From positions 2,634,630-2,698,629 of the forward strand of contig OZ244814.1 in assembly GCA_965220175.1 (NCBI GenBank): a stretch of DNA of 64,000 bases, in the 5' to 3' direction. The position numbers and the translations under genes are program-made. Source of the DNA: Chloroflexota bacterium (GTDB lineage Bacteria > Chloroflexota > UBA11872 > VXOZ01). Below are positions 1 to 9,540 of this stretch, in pieces (within the stretch, counting starts at the first letter, position 1; the number at the start of each line of letters is the position of its first letter). Under the pieces are notes generated by a model. The model was not told the DNA's origin. It ran no database searches and was given only the letters and a program-made list of their open reading frames with translations.

Positions 1-22
1 TTCCCTAACGCTGAGGCGGCAA

Positions 23-496
23 TTGGCACAGCAAGACACAGTCCTTCAACATGCGAACGCTGGCACCGAAAGCCCTGCACGCAAGCCGTGGTATTACGAA
101 TTGAGCCCGCTAGTGGCCGTAGACATGGGCATCCTCGCGCTCTTTCTCGTCGCGATGCTCTATCTGATGCCCACGGGTCAAGTTGCCGACGCCGGCTTTC
201 GCATCCAACTCTTGGAACGCACGATCGAGCAAGTCGAGCGCGAAAACCAGCTATTGCGAACTCAGATCGCCCGCGCGGGTGATCTGCGCACCATTGAGCT
301 CGTTGCCCGCAAGGATCTGGGCATGGTTCCGGCGCGTCGTGTGCACTTTGCACATGTACCTGAACGTGCCAAGGAACTCAATCTGCCGCTGGATGGGACC
401 GCTGAAGAGGCAGACTTGCCCTTTAGCACCCGATGGGACCTCGTCCGCGAGCAATTCACGGCGCTCTTTGGCGAGGAGTTGCTCAATGGGTGGTAA
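23..496 (+). CDS. ftsL: Cell division protein FtsL/DivIC-like
   Basis: One TM helix (ILALFLVAMLYL), coiled coil and 'LRTIELVARKDLGM' FtsL/DivIC-type motif; directly upstream of ftsI. TTG start uncertain because the frame is open to the window edge. Confidence 0.75.
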   Translation: MAQQDTVLQHANAGTESPARKPWYYELSPLVAVDMGILALFLVAMLYLMPTGQVADAGFRIQLLERTIEQVERENQLLRTQIARAGDLRTIELVARKDLGMVPARRVHFAHVPERAKELNLPLDGTAEEADLPFSTRWDLVREQFTALFGEELLNGW

Positions 497-500
497 GACT

Positions 501-2243
501 ATGGGTACCGGGCGCATCCGGCTGATTCAAGCATTCGCTCTACTCGGCGCGCTTGTCGTAGCGGGCGAGCTTGTTTGGCTGCATATTCTGGAAAGCGACC
601 GACTGGCGTCACAGGCTCAGGATCAATACCAGCAGGATACCCAAATCGTACCGAAGCGCGGCAGCATACTCGACGCGAATCGCACCTTGCTGGCAACCGC
701 CGAATACCTAGATGACGTTGAGGCGGCGCCAAACGTTGTACGAGGGAGCGGCACCTCGCCGGCCGCCATAGCGAGCGAATTGTCCCTGTTTATTGACATG
801 CCGAGAGAGCAATTGGTCGCCCTCTTGGACCAACCCGATACGCGCTATGCGGTGTTGGCAAAGGGTGTAACACCGGACACGAGCGCACGTATCAAGAGAC
901 TCTTACGTGAAGGCAAAGCTCCCGGAGTTTACTTGAATGCCGTCCCCTACCGTACCTATCCGCTCGGCATGCTTGCAGCGCACGTCGTGGGATTTTATAG
1001 CCAGAGCGGCAGCGGTCAATACGGCATAGAAGGCCATTACGAAGAAATGCTGCGGGGTGCGCCGGGACGCCGACTTAGCTCGAGCGCGCCTTTCGGCGGT
1101 GAAGCCGGCGAAGCGACGTGGGTTCTGCAGCCTGCGGAGCCTGGTGCAGACCTTGTGCTGACGTTGGACAGCACCGTGCAGCACGTTGTCGAGAGGGAAC
1201 TGGAACTGGCGCTTGAAGAGTTCGGTGCGTCTGGCGGGACCGTCATTGTCATGGATCCGCGAACGGGAGCAATTGTCGCCATGGCAAGTCGTCCCACGTA
1301 CGATTCCAATACCTACCAGGCGTTCCATTCGCCGGGTCGGGATGCCTACGCCAATCCGGCGATCAGTATGCAGTATGAGCCGGGCTCCACCTTCAAATTG
1401 ATCACCCTGGCTGGAGCACTGGACGCAGGCGTAATCACGCCCGAACGGACTTTCTTCGACTCCGGCTCAGTGGAGTATGGCGGCGTAGAGATCAAGAACT
1501 GGGACGAGAAGGGCCACGGCGAAAGCGATATGACCGATCTCATCGCGCATTCGAGCAATGTCGGCGCGGTACTCGTGGGCGACCTGTTGGGCAAAGACCA
1601 GTTCTATGAATACGTGTCCGCATTTGGCTTTGGCGCACTCACCGGTGTTGATCTGTGGGGAGAAGTGGCCGGTGACGTTCACGATCCGAAATCCCCTTAC
1701 TGGTATCCGTCGAGTCTGGCGACGAACGCGTATGGTCAGGGAATTGCCGTTACGCCGCTCCAACTCGTGACCGCAGTTGCCGCCTTAGTCAACGATGGCG
1801 TTCTCATGCGGCCTTACGTGGTGCAAGAGATCCATACCGAGGCCGGCATTCGGCGCATTGAGCCGCAGGCCGTGCGCCGCGTAGTCCGCAAGGACACCGC
1901 CAATACGCTTATGTCAATGCTCGTGAACGCAAGCAAGCGTTCGGAAAGCAAGATGCACCTGATCCACGGCTATGAGGTCGCAGGGAAGACCGGAACAGCC
2001 TCAATCCCCCTGGAAACGGGCGGCTATCACGAAGACTTGACGATTGCCTCCTACGTGGGATTTGGCCCCGTGGAGAACCCTAAGTTCGTCATACTCGTCA
2101 AGATTGATCACCCGACCGTCGAACCATGGGGTTCTTTGGTTGCAGCGCCGGTGTTTCGCGCCGTCGCCGCGGAACTTTTCCGCTACTATCACATTCCGCC
2201 GGCAACGGTTCAGCAGACGACCATACGTGAGGAAACAGGCTGA
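501..2243 (+). CDS. ftsI: Class B penicillin-binding protein (FtsI/PBP2b-like transpeptidase)
   Basis: N-terminal TM, 'RGSILDANR' dimerisation motif, SxxK (EPGSTFK), SxN (SSNVG), KTG (AGKTGT). ATG at 501 is in frame with ORF 183..2243. Confidence 0.93.
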   Translation: MGTGRIRLIQAFALLGALVVAGELVWLHILESDRLASQAQDQYQQDTQIVPKRGSILDANRTLLATAEYLDDVEAAPNVVRGSGTSPAAIASELSLFIDMPREQLVALLDQPDTRYAVLAKGVTPDTSARIKRLLREGKAPGVYLNAVPYRTYPLGMLAAHVVGFYSQSGSGQYGIEGHYEEMLRGAPGRRLSSSAPFGGEAGEATWVLQPAEPGADLVLTLDSTVQHVVERELELALEEFGASGGTVIVMDPRTGAIVAMASRPTYDSNTYQAFHSPGRDAYANPAISMQYEPGSTFKLITLAGALDAGVITPERTFFDSGSVEYGGVEIKNWDEKGHGESDMTDLIAHSSNVGAVLVGDLLGKDQFYEYVSAFGFGALTGVDLWGEVAGDVHDPKSPYWYPSSLATNAYGQGIAVTPLQLVTAVAALVNDGVLMRPYVVQEIHTEAGIRRIEPQAVRRVVRKDTANTLMSMLVNASKRSESKMHLIHGYEVAGKTGTASIPLETGGYHEDLTIASYVGFGPVENPKFVILVKIDHPTVEPWGSLVAAPVFRAVAAELFRYYHIPPATVQQTTIREETG

Positions 2244-2248
2244 CACCA

Positions 2249-3478
2249 GTGTTACGAATCCTGCCCAGGTCCGTCCCGGTTACCAATGCTGACGACGCCA
2301 AGCGTGCGCGCTGGCCGGACGTGCCGCTGACCGTCCTGATGTTGGCATTGCCATTGATCGGCTTGATCGCCATCTACAGTGCCAGCATCGCCGTCGCCTA
2401 TGCTGAGACCGGCGATCCGCACTTCTACTTTCGTCGCCAGCTCATGTTTCTCGTCGTAGGCTTCGCGGCGGCACTTGCCACTTTGCGCATTGACTATCAC
2501 TGGTTTGGCCGCATTCAGTTTTTTGGCGTGAATATCACATTCTGGTTCTTGGCGGCAGTCATTGTCGTGTTGGTCCTGATGGCAGTTACGGACATTGGGT
2601 ACTTGGCCAGGGGATCGGTCCGCTGGATACGCTGGGGCTCGGTCAGCATTCAGCCCAGCGAGATTGCAAAACCGATCCTCGCCCTTTACCTCGCACAGGT
2701 TCTGGCTAGTCGCGACGAAAGGGTCAGCCGGCTCGTTTACTTCCTGGTACCTACCCTATTGGTCGGGCTCATTGCCGCCATCGTGGCGCAGCAACCGGAC
2801 CTCGGCACAGCGACCATGATTCTATGCATCGGCCTGACAATTCTCGTTGCAGCCCGCATTCCACTACTCTATCTTCTTGGCATGCTCGTGGCGGGATCTC
2901 TCGCGACGTGGTATGCCATAGTTCTCCACCCCTATCGGCTGCAACGCCTCACGGCCTACCTTGATCCCTTCAACCCGCAGTATCAAGACAATGTTGCGCA
3001 TCACAATTTTCAAGCGCTCCTTGCCTTTGGCTCGGGGAAGATTACCGGCGTCGGTCTTGGTAGGGGCATGCAGAAGTTCTTCTACATGCCCGAGCCGCAC
3101 ACCGACACGATCTATGCTGTCATAGGCGAAGAATTGGGACTCATCGGTACGCTGGCCGTCCTCATTCTCTATGTGCTGCTCGCGTGGCGGGGGTTCAACG
3201 TGGCTGCCAAGGCCCCCGACATGTTCGGCCAGTTACTCGCCCTGGGCCTGACCTGCGGGCTTTTCGGGCAGGCGCTCCTCAATATGGCTGTGGTGACCGG
3301 GCTGCTGCCCTTTACCGGCATTCCGCTGCCTTTTGTCAGCGCAGGTGGATCTTCGCTTTTGGCAAGTTCAATTGCCATGGGTATTCTGCTCAATATCTCA
3401 ATGCAAACAACAAACGCGGCGAAGCAGAGCGGCCGCCGTCGCTGGCATTCCAGGCCCGATCGCGCCGCCATGCAGTAA
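2249..3478 (+). CDS. ftsW: SEDS peptidoglycan glycosyltransferase FtsW
   Basis: About 10 TM; 'RWIRWGSVSIQPSEIAK', 'QPDLG', 'PEPHTDTIYAVIGEELG', 'GIPLPFVSAGGSS'. Confidence 0.93.
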   Translation: MLRILPRSVPVTNADDAKRARWPDVPLTVLMLALPLIGLIAIYSASIAVAYAETGDPHFYFRRQLMFLVVGFAAALATLRIDYHWFGRIQFFGVNITFWFLAAVIVVLVLMAVTDIGYLARGSVRWIRWGSVSIQPSEIAKPILALYLAQVLASRDERVSRLVYFLVPTLLVGLIAAIVAQQPDLGTATMILCIGLTILVAARIPLLYLLGMLVAGSLATWYAIVLHPYRLQRLTAYLDPFNPQYQDNVAHHNFQALLAFGSGKITGVGLGRGMQKFFYMPEPHTDTIYAVIGEELGLIGTLAVLILYVLLAWRGFNVAAKAPDMFGQLLALGLTCGLFGQALLNMAVVTGLLPFTGIPLPFVSAGGSSLLASSIAMGILLNISMQTTNAAKQSGRRRWHSRPDRAAMQ

Positions 3479-3487
3479 GGGCATTCT

Positions 3488-4909
3488 CTGAACGCTCACG
3501 AATTACAACAATTTCTTGAAGCCGAAACTCGCAGTGTCCATCTCATTGGGGTGGGCGGTGCGGCAATGTCGGGGATCGCACGCATTCTTACCACGCAGGG
3601 ACATCAGGTCACCGGCTCCGACCTAGTCGACTCGGCCACTCTCAATTACCTGCGCGACCTGGGCGTGGACGTCGCAATCGGACATGCGGCCACGAATGTG
3701 CTTGGCTGTGACCTTGCCGTATTCAGTTCGGCCATCTTGCCGGAAAACGCCGAACTCGCCGCGGCGGCGCAACACGGCATACCCGCGGTCAAGCGCGCAG
3801 TCCTGCAGGGAGCCCTCACTCTCAGCAAGACTACCATTGCGGTGGCGGGCACGCACGGCAAGACCACGACCAGTACGATGATCACACACGCCTTGCGTGC
3901 CAACGATCAGGATCCATCCTTCATGATTGGCGGCGATCCCCAGGACTTCTCCCAAAACGCCCATTGGGGCACAGGCGCGACGCTGGTGATCGAGGCGGAC
4001 GAGTTCGACCGAGCATTCCTCGAGCTCTTCCCGACAGTGGCTGTAGTCACAGCCGTGGAAGCCGACCATCTCGACACTTACGGTACGCTGGAGGGCCTTG
4101 AAAGCGCTTTCCAAGCGTTCGTCGGCAAAGTACCCGACCACGGCACCGTAGCGACACACGCGGACAGCCCCGCCTGCCGCCGAATCGCCAGTAACACCAA
4201 CGCCAAGCAAATGACCTGGTCGCTAAGCGGCAATGCAGATTGGGTCTGCACGGAAATGTCGCCACGAAAAGGCAGCGGCTATGTAGCGCAAATCCAAAAC
4301 GATAGCGGTGAACGTCACCGCCTCTCGCTACAGGTACCGGGATTACACAACGTACTCAATGCCTTGGCCTGCGTAACGGCGCTGGATGCCATCGGCATAC
4401 CTGCAGGCTCCGTCACGCGGGCGCTCAGTCGGTTTAGCGGTGTCAAGCGGCGGCTCGAATTACGTGGGACAATCGATGGTGTCACTCTGGTGGACGACTA
4501 TGCCCACCACCCTACGGAAGTCAGGGCGTCACTACAGGCCGCCAGAGATTGGCACGCGGGAAGGATCATTTGCGTTTTCCAACCGCACCTACGCAGTCGT
4601 ACTGCCGACCTCTTCGACGAGTTTCGCGACGCATTCGGCAATGCAGATCGGCTCATCCTCGTGGAGACCTATCAGCCCGCCGGCAGGGAGGAGCCGCTGA
4701 CGCTTTCGAGTGCCGACCTGGCGCGCGCGGTTTCGGGACCGCGCTATGCGGGGTATGCGGCCACCCTGGCAGACGCGCTATCCCAGGTAGCGCAGATTGT
4801 TGAATCCGAAGACTTGGTCATCGTCATGGGCGCCGGCGACATTACCGAATTGTGCGACCCGATACTTGAATACCTGCAAACTCGCACCCCAGCGGGAACA
4901 TCACTGTGA
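3488..4909 (+). CDS. murC: UDP-N-acetylmuramate--L-alanine ligase
   Basis: 'VHLIGVGGAAMSG', 'VAGTHGKTTT', 'EADEFD', 'DDYAHHPTEV'. The conserved HLIG strand lies upstream of the tracked GTG at 3551, so the start is placed at the in-frame CTG at 3488 (inferred). Confidence 0.9.
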   Translation: MNAHELQQFLEAETRSVHLIGVGGAAMSGIARILTTQGHQVTGSDLVDSATLNYLRDLGVDVAIGHAATNVLGCDLAVFSSAILPENAELAAAAQHGIPAVKRAVLQGALTLSKTTIAVAGTHGKTTTSTMITHALRANDQDPSFMIGGDPQDFSQNAHWGTGATLVIEADEFDRAFLELFPTVAVVTAVEADHLDTYGTLEGLESAFQAFVGKVPDHGTVATHADSPACRRIASNTNAKQMTWSLSGNADWVCTEMSPRKGSGYVAQIQNDSGERHRLSLQVPGLHNVLNALACVTALDAIGIPAGSVTRALSRFSGVKRRLELRGTIDGVTLVDDYAHHPTEVRASLQAARDWHAGRIICVFQPHLRSRTADLFDEFRDAFGNADRLILVETYQPAGREEPLTLSSADLARAVSGPRYAGYAATLADALSQVAQIVESEDLVIVMGAGDITELCDPILEYLQTRTPAGTSL

Positions 4910-5880
4910 GTGATTTAGCCGTGGCAAGCGAACGTCCGCCAATCGGGAAACCTGCATCAGCCAAGCTGGCCGCCATTGCTGCCGTCGCTACGCGTTCGCT
5001 CTTAGGACTGAAACCCGCGTGGCACGAGCCCCTGGCCAAGCACACGTCGGTGCGGGTGGGAGGGCCGGCGGATCTGCTCATTCGTGTTCGCTCCCGGGAG
5101 GCCCTGCGTATCGTCGTGACAGAAGCCTACCGGCACGCGGTCCCGTTTCGGGTGATTGGAGACGGGACCAATCTCATAGCCGCCGAAGCGGGAGTCCGTG
5201 GGCTCGTAGTCAGAAACCATGGTGGAAACCGGGGCCAATGCGCCGATGAGGTCTCCATCTGGGCGGATGCGGGGTGCTCTCTGATTAGCACGGCGCGTTG
5301 GGCTGCCAGCCTTGGACTATCCGGCCTGGAGGGCGCGGCAACAATACCGGGAACCGTGGGTGGGGCGGCCGTGAACAATGCCGGAGCATATGGCTGGACG
5401 GCAGCCGATTCCGTTTCCCGCGTCAGGGCTCTCGACCGCCAGGGAGAGCGGTGGATCTATCCGGATGAAATGGCCTATGCATATCGAACAAGCACGATCA
5501 AGGAACGTCCCGGCTATGCTGTGGTTCTAGGCGCCGAACTCCGACTGACGCGAGGAGACCCGGATCGAATTCTGGGCACCATTCAGGAGCGGCTGCAGAC
5601 CCGTCAGCGCACGCAACCCACGGCTCCGAGTTCCGGCTCGGTCTTTCGCAATCCGCCCGGAATGAGTGCCTGGAAACTCATAGATGAGGCAGGGATGCGG
5701 GGAAGAATTATGGGAGGGGCGCACGTTTCCCGGCAACACGCCAACTTCATCGTCAACGACGGCCCGGCAAAGGCTGACGACGTTTACGGACTGATCCGAG
5801 CAATCGAACAAGCGGTCAAGCTCCACTCAGACGTAACGCTGCAGCGAGAAGTCGAACTCTTCGGAGAGTGGGAAATTTAA
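4906..5880 (+). CDS. murB: UDP-N-acetylenolpyruvoylglucosamine reductase
   Basis: 'VGGPAD', 'IGDGTNL', 'IPGTVGGAAVNNAGAYG', 'SSGSVFRNP', 'HANFIVN', 'LQREV'; 4-bp overlap with murC. Confidence 0.93.
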   Translation: MSDLAVASERPPIGKPASAKLAAIAAVATRSLLGLKPAWHEPLAKHTSVRVGGPADLLIRVRSREALRIVVTEAYRHAVPFRVIGDGTNLIAAEAGVRGLVVRNHGGNRGQCADEVSIWADAGCSLISTARWAASLGLSGLEGAATIPGTVGGAAVNNAGAYGWTAADSVSRVRALDRQGERWIYPDEMAYAYRTSTIKERPGYAVVLGAELRLTRGDPDRILGTIQERLQTRQRTQPTAPSSGSVFRNPPGMSAWKLIDEAGMRGRIMGGAHVSRQHANFIVNDGPAKADDVYGLIRAIEQAVKLHSDVTLQREVELFGEWEI

Positions 5881-5884
5881 GTCC

Positions 5885-6682
5885 ATGGCAGCACGCGTGC
5901 ACAACCCTGAAACAAGCGGCAAGTTCGGCGCAATCGGACGCCTATTTCGCTTTCTCGGCCGCGGCGTGCGCAGTTTCGGCCATCGCTGGATTTCCTTGAT
6001 TCTTGGCTTCTCCGTTTCGTTTGCCCTTTGGGGCGCGCTCACCTCGCCGGAGTTTCACGTGTCGATTGTCGCGATTCGCCGCATCACGCCGCCAACGCTC
6101 GCCGGAGACAACTCACTCGTGAAGATCCAGTCGTTCACGGGGCTGGTGGGGCAGCCGATCTTCTTGCTCGATCCGCATCAGGTCAAGCAGCAGATAACGC
6201 AGCTTCCTGCCGTTGCGGATGCCCGCCTCTTCCTCGTTCTACCCAGCAAAGCAGTCGTAGAGATGGCAGAACGGCAGCCGGAGGCACGGTGGATCGCCAA
6301 CGGCCATGTCTTCCTTGTTTCGCGAGACGGTGTGATCCTGGGCAGCGGCGATGCGCCAGAACTCGAAGTGACCTTGATCGACGACACCGGGGTGCCCCTG
6401 AACACGGGAGACCTCGTGGACTCCAGTGCCGTGGAAATGGCGTTCTTGCTGCGCGACCTGTTGACGCGTGTCGGCATAGGCATTAGTGCGTTTCGGTATT
6501 CCACGTTGGAAGGCCTTTCCGTTGAAGCGGAAGAGGGATGGACCGCGAAGTACGGCAGCGCGGACCGTATTGTCGAAAAGACTCAGGAGCTACTGACGGT
6601 ACTCAAAGTTGCGCGAGAGCAGCAGATCCCTGCGGACGTCATCGATCTGCGACCGAGCAGGAGTCCGACGTTTCGCATGTAG
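5885..6682 (+). CDS. ftsQ: Cell division protein FtsQ/DivIB
   Basis: TM + POTRA-like domain ('LPAVADA...LP...VEMAERQP'), C-terminal 'IDLR'; position before ftsA. Confidence 0.85.
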   Translation: MAARVHNPETSGKFGAIGRLFRFLGRGVRSFGHRWISLILGFSVSFALWGALTSPEFHVSIVAIRRITPPTLAGDNSLVKIQSFTGLVGQPIFLLDPHQVKQQITQLPAVADARLFLVLPSKAVVEMAERQPEARWIANGHVFLVSRDGVILGSGDAPELEVTLIDDTGVPLNTGDLVDSSAVEMAFLLRDLLTRVGIGISAFRYSTLEGLSVEAEEGWTAKYGSADRIVEKTQELLTVLKVAREQQIPADVIDLRPSRSPTFRM

Positions 6683-6728
6683 CTGCAAGTGGCAAGAAAT
6701 CATACTTGACAGCAATCCAACTAAGAAT

Positions 6729-6757
6729 TTGCTGATGCATGAGTAAAAAGTTATAAT
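6729..6757 (+). promoter_or_regulatory. Sigma70-type promoter for ftsA-ftsZ
   Basis: TTGCTG (6729-6734), 17-bp spacer, TATAAT (6752-6757) in an AT-rich intergenic stretch. Confidence 0.6.
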
Positions 6758-6792
6758 GTAGCCAGTTTTTCCCGCAAGGTAGGTAACTAAAC

Positions 6793-8034
6793 GTGGGCAA
6801 AAGCAATCTCCTCGTCAGTATTGACGTGGGATCGACTTTTACACGCGCCCTCGCGTGTGAGGCTTCTCCTGACGGACTACCTGAAATCGTGGGTGTGGGA
6901 ATCGCCCCAACCCACGGCGTAGTGCGTGGCGCCGTAGTCGACATGGAAGCCGCAACATGTTCGATTCGCACGTGCCTGCAAGACCTCAGGCAGTCTCTCG
7001 GTAAGACGCCGCTCACTGCACACATCAGCGTCAGTGGGTGCAGCATTACCTCGCAGATCTTGCGCGTAGAAACCGTGGTTAAACGATCCAAGGGCGCGAT
7101 CACCCATACTGAAATCAGCGAGGTCTTGGAGATGGCGCACAGAGCCGCCATACCTGAAGACCGCCAGGTGCTTATGGCTTTTCCCGTTGGTTTCATTTTG
7201 GACGGCACTGAGGGTATCCGGGATCCCGCCGGTATGTATGGCAACGTGCTCGGCGCGGAAGTTCACGTGATTACCGGCACCGTGGGATCGGTTCGCAATC
7301 TCACAACATGTGTCAATGCGGCTGATATGGTCGTTGCCGGCGAGATCACCCCCCAAGCACTTGCCGCCGCCGATGCCGTGCTCTCAGAGCAGGAAAAGCA
7401 GCTTGGCGTCGTTCTCGTCGACATTGGCGGCGGTACAACCGACATAGTGCTCTACACGGATGGGGTGCCGTGGCACACCGCCAGCATTCCTCTTGGTGGC
7501 ATCAACATCACTAAGGACATATCGTACGGCTTGAAATTGCCCCAAGAGGTTGCGGAAGAGATGAAGTTGCAGTACGCTACGGTAAGTGAAGAGGCGCTGG
7601 AAGACGAGACCGAGATCGATGCACCCGGTTTTTTGCCGGGAAGATGGACGGTGCTGGAGCATCGCGACCTGGCGACTATCGTCGTGGCTCGCATGGAAGA
7701 GCTACTGGAGTTCATCAAGGACGAGATCCGGCGCACCGGATATTTCGATGTCTTGCCGGCTGGCGTGGTCTTTACGGGCGGCGGTTCGGAGTTGCATGGG
7801 CTAGAAGACTTGGCATCAGCGGTGTTGGGTTTGCCGGTGCGGCAAGGGGTGGTACCCGTGCTGCGGGGTATGAGCGAGGAGCTCAGCCGACCCGAGTTTG
7901 CTACCAGTGTCGGCTTGTCCATGTACGCCGCTCGCCTTGAAAGGTCACGGGTTCGACGGCCCATGAGCGCTGTTTTTGGTACGATGGCGGAAAGACTTGG
8001 AACAGTCATGCGGTCGCTTATTCCGATGAGTTAA
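6793..8034 (+). CDS. ftsA: Cell division protein FtsA
   Basis: Actin-fold motifs 'IDVGS', 'DIGGGTTD', 'FTGGGSELHG'; SHS2 region. Confidence 0.95.
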   Translation: MGKSNLLVSIDVGSTFTRALACEASPDGLPEIVGVGIAPTHGVVRGAVVDMEAATCSIRTCLQDLRQSLGKTPLTAHISVSGCSITSQILRVETVVKRSKGAITHTEISEVLEMAHRAAIPEDRQVLMAFPVGFILDGTEGIRDPAGMYGNVLGAEVHVITGTVGSVRNLTTCVNAADMVVAGEITPQALAAADAVLSEQEKQLGVVLVDIGGGTTDIVLYTDGVPWHTASIPLGGINITKDISYGLKLPQEVAEEMKLQYATVSEEALEDETEIDAPGFLPGRWTVLEHRDLATIVVARMEELLEFIKDEIRRTGYFDVLPAGVVFTGGGSELHGLEDLASAVLGLPVRQGVVPVLRGMSEELSRPEFATSVGLSMYAARLERSRVRRPMSAVFGTMAERLGTVMRSLIPMS

Positions 8035-8054
8035 AGCAATGTAGGGTGGTAGTC

Positions 8055-9242
8055 ATGGCAGACAATCCAGAGAGTCGCATTTCTCGACTTCCCTCAAGCT
8101 CGAGCGATGACTCGGGAAGATTGGACCCGAGGCAACGCCAAGAATCGTGGGCACACATTAAGGTGGTTGGCGCAGGCGGGGCTGGCGGCAATGCCGTAGA
8201 CCGCATGATTCAAAGCGGGGTGAGCGGTGTTGAATTCATTGCCGTAAACACCGATGCGCAAACTTTGATGAGTTCCCAGGCTGAAAGACGCATCCGAATC
8301 GGCGACAAGCTCACAAAGGGCCTGGGAGCCGGCGGACAGCCCACGGTAGGGGAGAAGGCGGCGGAGGAAGCCTACGAAGATTTGCAGGACGCGCTGCGCG
8401 GCTCGGACATGGTGTTTATTGCGGTCGGCATGGGTGGCGGCACCGGTACCGGCTCCGCGCCCGTCATTGGTGAGATCTCACGCAATATCGCGGCACTCAC
8501 GGTCGGAGTGGTCACGCGGCCGTTTACGTGGGAAGGCGTCCCACGCAGGCGCATCAGCGAAGAGGGTGTGCGCAAATTGCGAGAGCACGTGGACACGCTG
8601 ATTACTATTCCGAATGACCGAATTCTGGAAATTGCGCCCAAGAATACACCGATTACGGAAGCGTTTCGCTTGGCGGATGAGGTATTGCGGCAGGCAGTGC
8701 AGGGTATTTCCGACCTCATCACGCAACCCGGTCTCATAAACCTTGATTTCAATGACGTCAAGGCCATTATGCAGAATTCCGGCACCGCATACATGGCAAT
8801 TGGCTACGGCAGCGGCGAGAACCGTGCAGCGGATGCCGTGCGCGATGCCTTGGCCAACCCGTTGCTTGAACTGTCCATCGACGGCGCCAAAGGCATTCTG
8901 CTGAACTTCACCGGCGGACCGGACATGAGTTTGCACGAGGTCTCACAGGCCGCGGAGATTATTTCCAACGCCGCCGATCCCGACGCCCAGATTATCTTCG
9001 GTTCCGTGATTGACGAGTCAATGAGTTCGGATATTCAGATTACGGTGATTGCCACCGGCTTCGATGAACAGGACATTCGGCGCCCGAGTAACCGCGGCGC
9101 CGCGGAGCCGCGCGGCTCGGATGCGGGTGATCGGCCCCCGGTCATCCCCATTGGCAAGGAAGAGATGAGCGACGTCGACACGGAACATGACCTCGAGGTC
9201 CCGACGTTCTTACGGAAACGCATGAACCGACAGGACCGTTGA
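8055..9242 (+). CDS. ftsZ: Cell division protein FtsZ
   Basis: 'IKVVGAGGAGGNAV', tubulin signature GGGTGTG, 'NLDFNDV', C-terminal peptide 'LEVPTFLRKR'. Confidence 0.98.
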   Translation: MADNPESRISRLPSSSSDDSGRLDPRQRQESWAHIKVVGAGGAGGNAVDRMIQSGVSGVEFIAVNTDAQTLMSSQAERRIRIGDKLTKGLGAGGQPTVGEKAAEEAYEDLQDALRGSDMVFIAVGMGGGTGTGSAPVIGEISRNIAALTVGVVTRPFTWEGVPRRRISEEGVRKLREHVDTLITIPNDRILEIAPKNTPITEAFRLADEVLRQAVQGISDLITQPGLINLDFNDVKAIMQNSGTAYMAIGYGSGENRAADAVRDALANPLLELSIDGAKGILLNFTGGPDMSLHEVSQAAEIISNAADPDAQIIFGSVIDESMSSDIQITVIATGFDEQDIRRPSNRGAAEPRGSDAGDRPPVIPIGKEEMSDVDTEHDLEVPTFLRKRMNRQDR

Positions 9243-9272
9243 CAGTCCCTGACGTTTCAATACGCAAAATAA

Positions 9273-9306
9273 AAGAGGGGCGGAGAGATTTCTCTCCGAC
9301 CCTCTT
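9273..9306. terminator. Probable bidirectional intrinsic terminator between ftsZ and the convergent hydrolase gene
   Basis: AAGAGGG-G-CGGAGAGA-TT-TCTCTCCG-A-CCCTCTT hairpin preceded by an A-rich run. Confidence 0.7.
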
Positions 9307-9540
9307 GTCATGGGCACTTGCACTATGGTCTACCAATCCGTGGGCCGTCTCATGCGCGCCGCCGCCGCGCTGACTCCGGGCGCTCGGCACGCGCGACCTG
9401 CCACTGCTCAGTAGGCTAACGCCCTGCACACTCCCATCGTTCTAGAGTCTGCAGCATCAATCTACCTCGCGAGTGCACAAGACGGTCGTACAGCACTTTG
9501 GGGCCAGGCAGATCGCCGGCATTCAGCAACCGCGGCCGCT

